Source of the DNA: Paramecium tetraurelia
Taxonomy: Eukaryota
Assembly (NCBI GenBank): GCA_000165425.1
Contig: CT868492.1
Coordinates: forward strand, 124,001 to 188,000
Length of the DNA: 64,000 nt
Direction of reading: 5' to 3'
The first letter of the stretch is position 1. Each line of letters begins with the position of its first letter. The notes beneath the pieces are model-generated. The model saw only the letters and a list, made by a program, of their open reading frames with translations, was not told the DNA's origin and ran no database searches. Of the stretch, positions 1-12,400 are shown in pieces. Position numbers and translations under genes: made by a program.

Positions 1-2986
1 CAGCGTCGATGATGTGATATCCATTGAAGGAACCTGAATCCATTTATTAGACAGTTTGAATTGGTTTGACATAAGAATCACATTGGTCGCAATCAATGTC
101 TAAGGAGACAGCTTGTCCATCGAACCAATCGGAAACAAGGTCAATGTTTTATTCAGTTTGAGTAGCATTCAAGGGTCTGTAATCAAGAACATTCTGTTCA
201 ATTCTTATGGTGATTTGAGTATTGATAAGGTTGATAACTTAATAATAGGTGATGGGTGTGATGTCATTGTAATTGTTGATTTGGAATTTGATAGTGTAGA
301 CAGAAAAGTATGTAGATTAGTCATAATTTGGTTGGATTGTTAGAACAGGTTAGTCGAAATAGGAATATACTTTTTATAAGGTACCACTGTTAACATAGAA
401 TACCATTTGACTTGATCCAGCTGTTGACATCATAATGGATGTACCATCAGCTATTTTACTGCCCAATGGAATGGCTTTGAGTAAGGAGTCTCTTAACAAC
501 TTACCTGGGCCATAGACTAAGACAACAGTTTGAGCACTCTTACTATCATAAGCTCTAACAAAGAGCACACCAGTGTCTGAACAGAAATCAGTCTAAAGTG
601 GAGTTTAGATTGTGTACCAGTACAATGGCACAGTTTTCATGAGATGGATGGAATTCAAATTCTAAAGATCGTATTCTTGAATCAGATTTTGAGTGGCTGA
701 TTTTAATATAATGAAAAAGCTCTCTAATCCAACTGCCACATCTATTGATCCTTTGCTTAGAGTGATTACTTTGACAATTGTGAATTCAGCATGATAATCA
801 GCAACAATAACATTATCGTCGTTGGTTATGAAGAGGAGGTAAGAATTGTGGACTCTGTTTCCGAAGATTCTTTAAGGATTCCATGAACCTGTGAATCCTC
901 TGTATCTGAGCATGACTTCAGTTACTGAATATTCCAATTCAAATGGACTGTAAGTAGATCGTATATCGATTTGTTTTTTGTTTCCCAAAATAAAGTAGAA
1001 TTTATCTTTCAAGACAGTGACAGCTGTGATTTTATTAAGAGTCTCAGCTGGATATGAAATGCTATCGACAACACTGGTTCCATTAATACCACTAACTCTA
1101 ATGGTAGCCGAATAATCGTTGTCCAAAACAAGGTGGTAAATGTTGAAACCTTAATACCACCAAATGAAGTTGTTCATATTTAATTAGGTTGATACGTCGA
1201 AATTTTAATATTGCTTGCATTCTGATCTGGCTTTGAATTTGTCTCTGATGTAACATTGATAGATTGTTGTAGTCTTGTTTGTTGATTATAAGAGGAGAGC
1301 ATAACGTTCATCCTTTGCATCCAATACCAATACATCAGAATAAATCACTGAAGATGGATTTGGTAAACTAATAGATTCAAGAAGCATCTCTTGTAATTGA
1401 ACAATCTTGGCAGTCACTGTTGTGGCATCCTTTTGTGATAACAACTAAAGATAATTCAGATTTGGTCCAGAGGCAAGTGGATCAACATTGAATGGTGCAG
1501 GAATATCATACAAAAGACTTGGAAGTTACAATTCCTCTGTTGGTTAGACTGTATAATCTAAGGCATTGAACACTTTGAAGTTTATTGTCACCTTGCATTA
1601 GGTTGAAAATGAATCTGTGGCTACCAAAGTAAATGATTATAAAGATGATGTTGTTGTTGATGTGCTTGGGAATCTTAATAGACCATGTGTAAGTGAATAT
1701 CTTCTTGAATCTACTTAAGTGATGGAAATCAATTCAGTTTCATATGGATTAATGATGTATCCCTTGGCTCCTTCAATGACTTCCTTGTGGATGAAATCTT
1801 CATGTTCAGTACTGAACAAGTATGTGACACCCTTCTGTTAGATTATCAAAAATTATTATGAAATAACTAAGGTAGCTGGATAGGCTGCTGTGAATTCCAA
1901 AATGTATGTATTTACTGGTACCTTACCTTCAACAATTTGAATGTAATCATTGTACATGATGGCGATGACTTCCTTGACTGTTCCATCTTCTTGTAATAAG
2001 TAATCAACATCGAATTCATATGCTTAGTCCTTTGATGTGACAATTCTGTCGATGAAACCGAATTCCCCATTTCCTAAGAATTCTAAAATGTAGACTCCAT
2101 CTCTGGCTGTCAAGATGTAAACCAATCCATTTGGGAAGACTTTGAAGTCGATCAAAGAAAAGCTCATCTTCTCTGGGTTTGATACTTCTGTGATTACTCC
2201 CAAAGTTGGGGCATCCAAAACACTTTATAATCTTGGCGTGCCTTCGCTGTCTATGTAGAACACTTCAAGAAGAGATGATACATCTAATCCTGTGCTTTGA
2301 GTGGCATATGCAGGTGTTGATCTAAAGAGGAATGTGTGATCATGGCCTAATTTATTTGTGAACACTATTGTCTATGAAATTCTCTTGGTGTTCACTCTGT
2401 AATTATTGTAATTTCCGTTCTGATGGATTTTTGAGTTTCCATTCTTGTCAATGACGAAAAACTTATTTGTGAATGGCAATTTCTGACTGTCAATACAATC
2501 CAAAATGAATTTGTCTTTACTCAAATAGTCCACTCCCAAACATGAAAGGTATGAGCTTCCTGTTGAGACGCTGATCTTCTATTTGAATTAAGGAGGATTA
2601 GTATTATCACCTTGAGCCCCTTCTGAGTAGAATAAATCTATTGAATCCAATTCCACCTCAATGAAGACAAAGTGATTCATCCACACTCTTTGTCCTTTCT
2701 CTGTCAAAGCACGAGAGGCTGTGACTCTGTTGATTGTTTCAGAGTGGGGCTTTGGACTGCTCAATTAAGCAAATGGTTTCTGAATTTGAAACAATGACTA
2801 AGAAGGACTCAGACTGTATGTCAAATAGGCTCCCTCGAAAAAGGTATCTTTCAAATCCCATTCTAATGTTTCGCCTGTAGAAGGGAACACCTTGAGTGTA
2901 CTAAGCTTGGTATCGCATGGCTGGAGTTTGAGCTACTCGCTGGCAGCCACGGCAATTACGATCAAAATTAAGATTTTTGATGTCAT
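1..2986 (-). CDS. Large secreted/surface protein, family member A (3' part runs off the window)
   Basis: ATG at 2986, signal peptide MTSKILILIVIAVAAS, then PCDTKLSTLKVFPSTGETLEWDL. One frame for at least 995 codons (track ORFs 2024-2218, 872-1126 and 374-568 are all in frame with the ATG). Shares motifs with 3102-7749 and 44272-61134 (IDF...NG..Y.L.A..G; W..GQ...CDQC). Confidence 0.85.
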
Positions 2987-3101
2987 CGCTTAAAATAAAA
3001 ATATTAATATGGCACAATGAGTTTCAGAATATATATTTCTTCATAATGATGTCATATTATATGTGGAAAAATTAAACAAATCCTCCATTAATTAATTATT
3101 T
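2987..3101. promoter_or_regulatory. Putative bidirectional promoter (115 bp) between two divergent paralogs
   Basis: ATGs at 2986 (-) and 3102 (+) face away from each other. The AT-rich spacer contains TGATGTCATAT at 3047-3057. Confidence 0.6.
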
Positions 3102-6100
3102 ATGATATAAGCTCATATGTACATATTGGCATTATTGCCTATTATGGTTCTGTCGACTTGCAGTATGTGTTTATTTTTTATTCTCTAGCCACGGTTGAAT
3201 TATAAGATCATGTCTACCCTACCGTAAAAGAAACATTCAAATGGGATATCAGAAGATTTATCCAAGGTGATAATTTGAAGTATTAATTGGATGTTACAAC
3301 AACTCTTTTCCAACTTGAATAACCCCTACATAAGCTAGATGAGAAGAATCATTTTGCTGGTAATAAGAATATTCATCATTTAGCATAAATTGATATTATA
3401 GCCATAAGAGCTTTTGACATTCCAGAAACTGGTGCTTGGACCAATGATTTCGCATTCATGGGCCAAGATCCTGAAGACTATTCATGGTGGATTTACTATT
3501 CCGAAGGGTAATGAATAATTATATATCCTACTAGAAAGTAAACACAGATGAATGTAGCTCCCAAATTTGATAAAGAAATTCAATTCATAAATGACAATCG
3601 TTTGATAAAATGTTTGGATCTGGAATACATAGACAGAGATACATTTTTAGTTGATTGTATCGAACCATAACCTCAAACAGAAGAGGGTCGTGTACCAGGA
3701 AAGAATTATGTCTATATCATCAAGAAGGGAGATCCCCCTAAGATTATTTCAGAATCCACATATTCTAGAAAATATTTGACTGTTAATGATAGAAAGGTAT
3801 AATATCATGTCTACAACGCTCAAAATATCGGCGATGGCTTGAATGATGAGGAACCTCTTCGAATTTTACTAAGAGGTCAATATGCCTACGGAACACCAGG
3901 TAGCAGTCCAACTAACCTTGATGGAGATTGCATAATTGATTTGTTGAAAAATAATGATAAAAACGAAATTGTTGAAACTGCTTAACATTTGGATAGAGGA
4001 TTATTGATACAAGATTTAGCCATAAAAGCAGAGGATCAAGAGAAATTTAAGTTTACTTTGATTGATTTCAAAGTAATGCCAAACGGTGATATCTATATAT
4101 TGGATGCCTACGCTGGCATCTACATTTATTACATAAATTCAAAGTCTGAATTCAAATATAAGGGTAAGATTGATATCGGAGATGGAGCAACAAATCCAGC
4201 ATTTGCCTTTGATGTCAATAATAAGATAGACTACGAAGGCACTAATCACATTCACATTGCAGTGGTTCATTAGAAATCAGTAGTTGAATACATTGATGGA
4301 GTATAGAAGGGAGGATGGTTGAACGCCTTCGAAGCTAAGCATCCTTCATTCATTTTTGCAAGTCAACAATTTTTGATTGTCAATCCAGGAGGAAACACAT
4401 TCTACATTTACAACTCAGATCATCAATTCCTCATTCATACAGAGACTTTGCTCACTAAAATATACTTGGCCCAATCCCTATGAACCAGATTTGATTGCTG
4501 TCACAAACTCATTCGCTTACAGATATGAAGTTGGTCATGCAAGATTGGTAGCCCATTCATTCGATGCCACTCTTGGAGATAATGTTGTAAAATTTTCAGC
4601 CGTTGGATAAGACGAGAAAAGTTGTAAAGCCTCACTCAAGTATCAAATAATCAAGGAGGGTGATACCAACATTTATCCTGTTGATCATATTCCCATCCCA
4701 AATATAATGTAATATCCTTCCGATGCAATCGAAGTTTAAGAATTTGCAGCAGGACCGAACTTGATATACACAAATGGAGATGATTCACAAAAGGATCACG
4801 TTGTTGTAGACATTCACACAGTTTGGGAATTGAATGTGACTGGATTGACTTTTCCAACTGTAACTGATGTGGCATATGCAGACATACTGATAGATCCACA
4901 TTGGGTTAATGAACATAAGTTTTGGTTCCTCTATTAGTTGCAATCAAGTAAATAGGTTGAAATCTTTGAGTGCACAACTCAAACTAAGTTATCTAGAGAT
5001 GTTCATTGTGAAGAACATGCCAAATTTAAGATTCCAAATTTATTGAATCCAAGTACTTCTCAATTCGATTGGGATGCAGAAGAAGGTGATGTATTAACAC
5101 TTTAATTCCTCGAAAATGATTATTAGATCACAATCTTCGAAAGTACTCATGATTCGTCAGCTCCTTTATTTTCATTACCATAACCTCCCTTAGACCAAAT
5201 ACCTGAAAATAAGATTTCTTCATTTACTGTTTTGAGAAAAGCCATCTATATTGTGATGCAAAATAAAAAGGAAGTTGACGCTTGGTTTGGCTTCTTCCCC
5301 ACACCAACAAAACATGTCATTTCCAGTAAAACAATTAAAGATTAGGGAAGTGATAGAATATTTGAACCAAAGAAAGTGTTTGGTAATCCTGCTTTGAAAA
5401 GCGAGTTTGTGTTGATTCAATCTAAAGATTGCATTTTCTTCGGAGACATGAGAAATACCTTTACTCTAATTTATGTGTTCGACATCATCCCTGATGCTGA
5501 AATTAGAGCCTATTTGGGAATGAGAACAATCTTCATTGTTCAAAAGAGTGAAACCCAAGGATTCAAGATCCAAGAATACAATTACGAGAAGTTGAACAAC
5601 ATCTACTTGATGAAAGAATTACCACTATACGATTACGTCATCCAAAGTCCATTGACAACTGACTTCTGTTATTAAACTGGATTCTTGTTTGTCCGTGCTT
5701 TGGACCCAGCCTCATAGGAAACTGTGATTTTGGTCTATGAATCAAATGTCCTCTATCAATTATCATTACACAAAGTAGTTAAAACACATTTGAAAATTAA
5801 TGATGGACAAGTCATGAATATGGCTGCAGCTGGTCATGACCAAATGTACATGTATGTCAACAATCAACAGAATGTCTAAAAGATGGTTGGATTCTTAAGA
5901 GATGCCCTTGTTAATTTATAACCATCACATCTATCCAATCAATATATCACCAATTTGGTGGCCACAGTCAATATCACCAATCAAGCAGTGACTAAACCCA
6001 TGTCAATTAAATATCCTGTTAAGTACATTAACACTTAAACCTACATTCAAGTTAATTAGGAGGAGTTGGCAAAACAAAATGCAGAATTCGTATTCACCAA

Positions 6101-7749
6101 TCAAGCAGCAGATCAATATTTGCAAATCAACACAACTGGATGGTAAGCTGGATAGGTTATTAAATACGAAGCCCTCTGTGATTAATGCGAATCACATTTA
6201 ATCGAAATGGTTAATCCAGTTTATCACATTAATGATGGAGGAGATTATCAATTCCATTTTGTTGATGGAATTGCTGCTGGCAATTAAATGATCTTCTAAA
6301 CTGCAGATTCCATCATAATATAAGATGCTTCAGGTGCTTGGGAAAGGCACAAATTACCAATTGGAGTTGGTACTGATTGTATATCCATCACAGCAACAGA
6401 TGATGGAAAAGCTGTTTTCAGTGGATGCGAAGAAAGAGGAGTTGTTAATATTTATCTATCAATTTGTAATGGTAAAACATGCACTGCAGCTACACCAGCT
6501 TTGTAATAAGTTGCTTAAGGAGCTAAACATCCATCCAAATTACTTTATAAAGATGGAATTCTCTTCATTTTGGATAATTACAATGACAGACCTACCTTAT
6601 ACGATGGAACTGTTAGAGTCCATAAGGTCAGTCTTAACGTAGAAGCCAAAACTTGGGATCTAGATGCAGGAAAAGTCATTAATTCATAGTTCTTGAGCAC
6701 TGAACCAACTATTCCATTTTAAGCTTCAGATTTTGATGTTATTAAATACGAAGTTGGTAATGTTAATTACTATAAACTACTCTTATCCAGTGCTCTTAAG
6801 AGATTGTGGTTTGTTGACCTTTATTGGGATAATGGAACAATTAAATTTGGATAACATGATAAATTTGAAATTTACAATTTAATAGGCAAAAATTTAGCAA
6901 TTCAAGAAGTCACTCGATTCTATTAAATTCGAGCAATCAAATCAACCAAAAAGGATAAGAAACTATTGACTACTGCATTGGTGTCTACCACTAACATGGC
7001 CACTTATGGTGTCACATTTACCTTCGATATTTCAGATCCTGTTAAAGGAGCACCCGTTGAATCTGATGGTACCATTCCATTCTTGCTTGCCAATTATGGA
7101 ACATGGAAATAACTCAACAAACTTACACTCTTTGAAGATCATGTTGCCATTGCCTATACTAATGATAAGAGTATTTTAGTTGCTGTTTATGTATTGCCAA
7201 CCGTCGACCATTATGCTCTCTAGGAAGGGGAACCTAAAGTTATCACTCTCATTGGAGGTGAAGAAGATGAGTAAACTACTCAAATCTCTACTCAATTTGT
7301 CATGACTCTATCAAAAGATGCAGCATTAGCAAGAGTACATTAAATTTATAAATTTATAGCCTGTCCTCCATACCAACCTTGTATATAACATTGCATAAAA
7401 GGAAAATATGCTCGTCAAATATGGAGTCACTGATTTTCCAAGATTACACATCCAAAAGGGAGATCAAATCAAAGAACAAGTTGTGTCTATCTTTGCTAAA
7501 AATGACTATGGTTAAGCTAAAGGAGTCATTCGTTTAACCAAAAAAGATCCACCTAATCCCAACCCTCCTAAACCAGATGATGATTCGTAATTTATACATT
7601 TATATCCCTTTAGCAAAGGAAGTAGCAATTGGTGGTGGATAACCTTGATCATTGTCTTTGGAGTTGCCATCCTAGCCGTTGGTGGATACTTTGTCTATGC
7701 AAAATATTTTAAATCCTCCAATACACCATTACATGTTTAATCCTATTGA
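3102..7749 (+). CDS. Type I membrane protein, ~1,500 aa, single-module family member B
   Basis: Signal peptide MIQAHMYILALLPIMVLSTC, then HVYPTVKETFKWDI. Five short introns seen. Pro-rich stalk DPPNPNPPKPDDD, TM helix WWWITLIIVFGVAILAVGGYFVY, short tail ending PLHVQSY, TGA at 7747-7749. Confidence 0.88.
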
Positions 7750-8641
7750 TATATCATAATAATTTAAATTATATATGTAAATCAAAGGTTCGATAGAAAT
7801 TATAATTAATTCAATAACTCGATTAATTAATTTTTTGAATTAGTAATTTGATGTCTATCATCAATTTAAACCTAAAGGCTTTTCATAAAAAGTTTAATTA
7901 ACACATAAAAATATTTATAAATAACAACCAAAATTAAATTTCTATAAAGCATAAAATAATTATCAATATTAAAAAATCCTATAATCTTTTTGATTTATTA
8001 TCAAATAACTTATAGAATTTTCAGAATTTAAATTAAACCCTCTTTGAATAATGAAATAATTCAGATTTTCTCAAGGAATTATTCCTGCTAGTTAATTTAC
8101 TATAACTGACTTCAAAATAATCCTCCTAATAATAAACAACATTTCAGAAACGCAGATGCAGCATATTAGTAAATGTCACAATTTGAAAACTAATGTAACA
8201 ATTTTAGTCTAGAAACCAAAATTAAAATTATTAATTTTTCATTCAACTATAATTATTTTTCAATATAACCTAATTATTCTCTGCTTAATTATATTGATTT
8301 TTCGTTGCATTGTCTAATTTTTTGTTCTTCAATTTGAGTAACATTAAGTATTCTTTCTAGTGTTTGTTAAATTAAATTATAAAAAATTCAATCGCTCATA
8401 CTCAAGTTGGAATAAGAAATTATAGTTATTAATTTGATTCAGAATTTTAGTCTAAGTGACAATAACAACATTAAAAGTTAAACACTTGTAATTTTATATA
8501 AAATATTATAAATAAAAGAATATTAAGAAAGACAAGGTTTCTCTAAAGTCAACCTTTATGTTTAATGATTTTATAATCTGTAATAAAATATTAGGAGTTT
8601 GAATTAACAATTTTCCAAACATTAATAACAATTAACAAATG

Positions 8642-9415
8642 TCATAAATTGATTGCTTATAAAATATGGTTTTGGTAATGAAAACTCAAGAAAAAAGACA
8701 CAAGTAAGGATAACAGGAAAATGAGTTTATCCAATTTTCCAGATTTTGATTTGATATTTGCTTTTTCACTCAAACCATTGTTGAATTTTTAAAGATCTTG
8801 CTATAATTTTAACAACAATAATTACTAATTCTTATTCCTTCTTGGTGACTTCCTGTTGTAATACTTCAAATTTATTGCAAAAGTATTCAGCTTCGATTTT
8901 AGCCTTATCAGCAGTAGGAGTAGCAATGACACGTGTAGGTTCCACCTATCCAAATTATTTATTAACTGAATGGAACATTTGACTTTGATTTCCTTGACTT
9001 TGAGCAACGATTTTTCTATCCTGAGTAAGAATAGCAATATTGATCTTTTATTTTTCAAACTTCCTCATTTTGTCCAAGAATATGGGTCCTGCATCTTGAA
9101 CGCCTTGAGGCAAGATGGTTGTAATCAATTGCAATTTTTCATTAAAATCCTTGATTGAATTAGTCTCAAGGACTTTGCTATTAAGTATAATGGTGACTAA
9201 TTAACTCTGTCTGGGCTGCACTATTCCCAAAGGGGGTTTGACCAAGAAAATGTTGAGATTAGTAGCCTTAAACTAAGGATCACAATTGGATAATGAAATA
9301 CCTTATAAGCAACGGGTTGGTGAGTATCGTTATATAGAGTGATTGAAGAATGCATATTATCTAGTTTATTGTACTCGAAATCGACTTGAGACGCACTCAA
9401 TCTTAGCATGTCCAT
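8642..9415 (-). CDS. VAMP-associated protein (VAP/Scs2-like): MSP domain, coiled coil, C-terminal TM anchor
   Basis: After removing a short intron: ITLYNDTHQPVAYK|FKATNLNIFLVKPPLGIVQP, matching the MSP consensus VAFKVKTT...Y.VRP..G.I.P. Coiled coil, then hydrophobic LIFLLSLLVSFFLSF, TGA at 8642-8644. Confidence 0.85.
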
Positions 9416-9436
9416 TTTATAAATAATTTAATTAAA

Positions 9437-12400
9437 TCACTTCACAATAACATTAGCAATCAAAGGACCCAAGAATATCCATCCCACAGTGACACCTACA
9501 GTCAGAAGTAAAGCAGTTAAGAGGAACTTGCAAATCTTATTATATAGATCGGGACCTTTGATCAAATCAGAATACTACCCATAATCTCCTTAATAAAACC
9601 AAGTGGATTCGTGATATCAAAAGACAATCGACCAGTGGGCTCATTCAATGGAGGGAACACATTCGGAGGATCTCTGCCAAATCCATTTGGTTTTTTCTCA
9701 GCCTCAGTGAGTGGCATCAATTCAAAAGAACACAAGACTTGTCCTTATGATATCTTCTACCCTTCCTCGTCCACTGCATCTGGATGGTATACATCCAACT
9801 AGTAAATGATATGAGTGCATAATAAATACCCAAAGTCTGTCAGTTATTACACCTCCCTTCTCTCTTATTCGTTGAGTTAAGGATGTTGCTTAAAGTCTCT
9901 TCACAGCTTTGTCAATCATCTTGTGCGTATTCAAATTGAATGTTGTCTCTCCTATCAATTCATCTGATCCCACAATATCCTTGTCCCACAATTGAATTTT
10001 AAACTTATCAGTTCCGAATTCATCTGGAAGTGCTGGATAAGTAACCTTTTACTTGATTCTCCAATTAAATGAACCTTTAGCCCTGCATCTCCAATGAATA
10101 TCTGTTTCTTGAAGTTCTTAGTTGGCAATTCCTGCCTTACAGTACAAATCGTTGCATTTCTCTAATTCGTCTTTGAATACACAATTTCTTGTTTCAAAAA
10201 TAATTACTCTTAGTTCAAATTAATAACGAGGAGGAGCAGTAATTTTAATCATTGGGTCTTTTTTGGCATAAGCCTTTTCTACCAAATCAATCCATAATTA
10301 CAATCTGCCAACTGAGGATCCAAAATCATCCTTAATATTTCTATTCTCAATTGGTTTCTTCTCAAATTGATGCCACATCACCGAAAAATATCTATCCTCC
10401 AAATCAATCAGAGAGGTACCCACTAATTCATCGCCAATTGATTAGGCACTCCAAATTTCAACTTCTATAATAGCAGATCCTGGAACTTCCATTTATAATT
10501 CAAATGGGAAATAGAATTAAGGATTATTTGTGCTTTGTCTTAATGAAAGCATTTTCAAATCATGCTCTTTTGTTGCTGTTCTTATTTTTATGTACAAATC
10601 AGGTGGTTCATCCCCTCCACTTTAAATATCGATTCCTGATAGAATGTATAATCTGCATACATATTATTTGGGTCTCATCATTTTAATATACATTTCCTTC
10701 TTTTTCTCGATATCCTACCCAGGCTTGACCTCTAAGAACAGACACTTAAAATCGCAGACTCTTGAAGGTCCATTCTTATCAGTTAAGAATTAGGTATCTT
10801 TGCCTCGACTCTATCCTGTCATTATTGTGTACTTAAGGAATTTCTTGCTAGTTTTCATTTTGTCCTCCAAATCATCAGGTAAAAACTTCCTGCCCTTCAA
10901 CCATTCAGGCGTTACATCCAAATCCTCTCCGTCATCTGTATCAAAATCTTCGTATGTTTCAATATCAGTAGTTTTTTTCTTTTTTGGTAACAAGGCAGCA
11001 AAGCCAAATAGCTTCGCCTTTTTGGAACCCTTCGACATCATCTTCTTTTTTTATTTGGGTTTCTTCACTGCATCCATATTGTCTTTGGGACCAGAATTAA
11101 CTGACAATGCTTTTGAGGATACTTTGGAAGCTTTGGAAAAAGATAAATCAGTTGGAACCTATAAGGTCTTTAAAGGCTATTGTTATTGAGACAATTATTG
11201 AAGCTAATCCGATAGATTTGCTTATGGTTAGACAGCTTATACTTCTTGAATTTATTAGGATTGTCTACGACTTAATTCTACTTAATTCTTGACGTGTTAC
11301 TCAGCTTCAAATACAACTCGTTAATCAACTTAACTTAGCATTCTGATGCTTCTTTGAGATCCTTGAATAGGTGGTTAAATGACTCTCTACCCTATTTTCA
11401 TTTACTATTGATCATTCATAGTTTTAGACTTTGGTTCTGAGGGTACTATTCTGGATTCTTCCAAATTGGGTTGAAAATTAAAATCCTCAATCTGTTGTTG
11501 ACTGCCTTAGCTATATCCATTTCTATTTTGAATTGGGGATATGGGAATGGATGGCGATCTTTATTAGAAATCCTGGGATTAGCCAAGTTTGTTTGATTAT
11601 TGTTTCTCAAGCTACTACTATTGTGATTGTTGTCTCTATTACAAATCATCATTTCTCTGTATAGATTACTACTTCGATCTGGGTTATTGTTGTTCAGATT
11701 ATCTACGAGACTACTGTTTTTAAAGTTAAATTTCTTGCTATTATTCAATTTATTATTGTGATTGTTATCTCTGTTATTATTCGATTTATTATTGTGATTG
11801 TTATTGTGACTGTTATTTCTATAGTAATTGCTATTATTATGATGACCTCCTTGACTATTAAGGTTGTTATTCATTTACTACATTTGCTTACTATTATGAT
11901 TCTCTTCTTTATTACTATGAAATAGATTAATTCCTTTATTCAATAACTTCTTGCTATTGTGATCCTCTCTTTGATTGAGACACAGGTTATTGTCCTACTT
12001 ACTATTAGGATATACTCCTTTGATCCCTCTATTGTTGTTGTTGATTTTGACTGGCTTGATCATTGTTTTATACTCTCTCATTTTGCGATTAGGATTGTCT
12101 TAATGATTAGTGACTCTATAGATTATTGCGAGATTGAATTTGATTGTTCTCACCTATATTATTATTAGATTAGACTGGATTGTTCTCACCGATATTATCA
12201 TTATCCATAGGTCTAGTGACTCGCACTGGGATTTGTTCTTCTGGAGCATGCTCTTCCTTGGGAAACTACTCGATAATGATATTGCTTTGATTGGAAAAGT
12301 GAGATTATTATAGATTAGGTGCTTCTTGGCCTATTTACAAGCCACCACCTCCAAATGTGGTAGGTCTGTAGACTGGAACATCATCTTGTAAATTCATCAA

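Noticed and set aside
1..7749. Mating-type locus (mtA or MTA/MTB-like) or classical surface antigen
   Set aside because: No furin-like or periodic Cys repeats, and gene B has one TM rather than a multi-TM C-terminus. Only the head-to-head layout is similar.
11446..11874. Asn-rich 142-aa ORF in the track
   Set aside because: Wrong frame of the ferlin Gln-rich tract (TAA/CAA codons read shifted as AAT/AAC).
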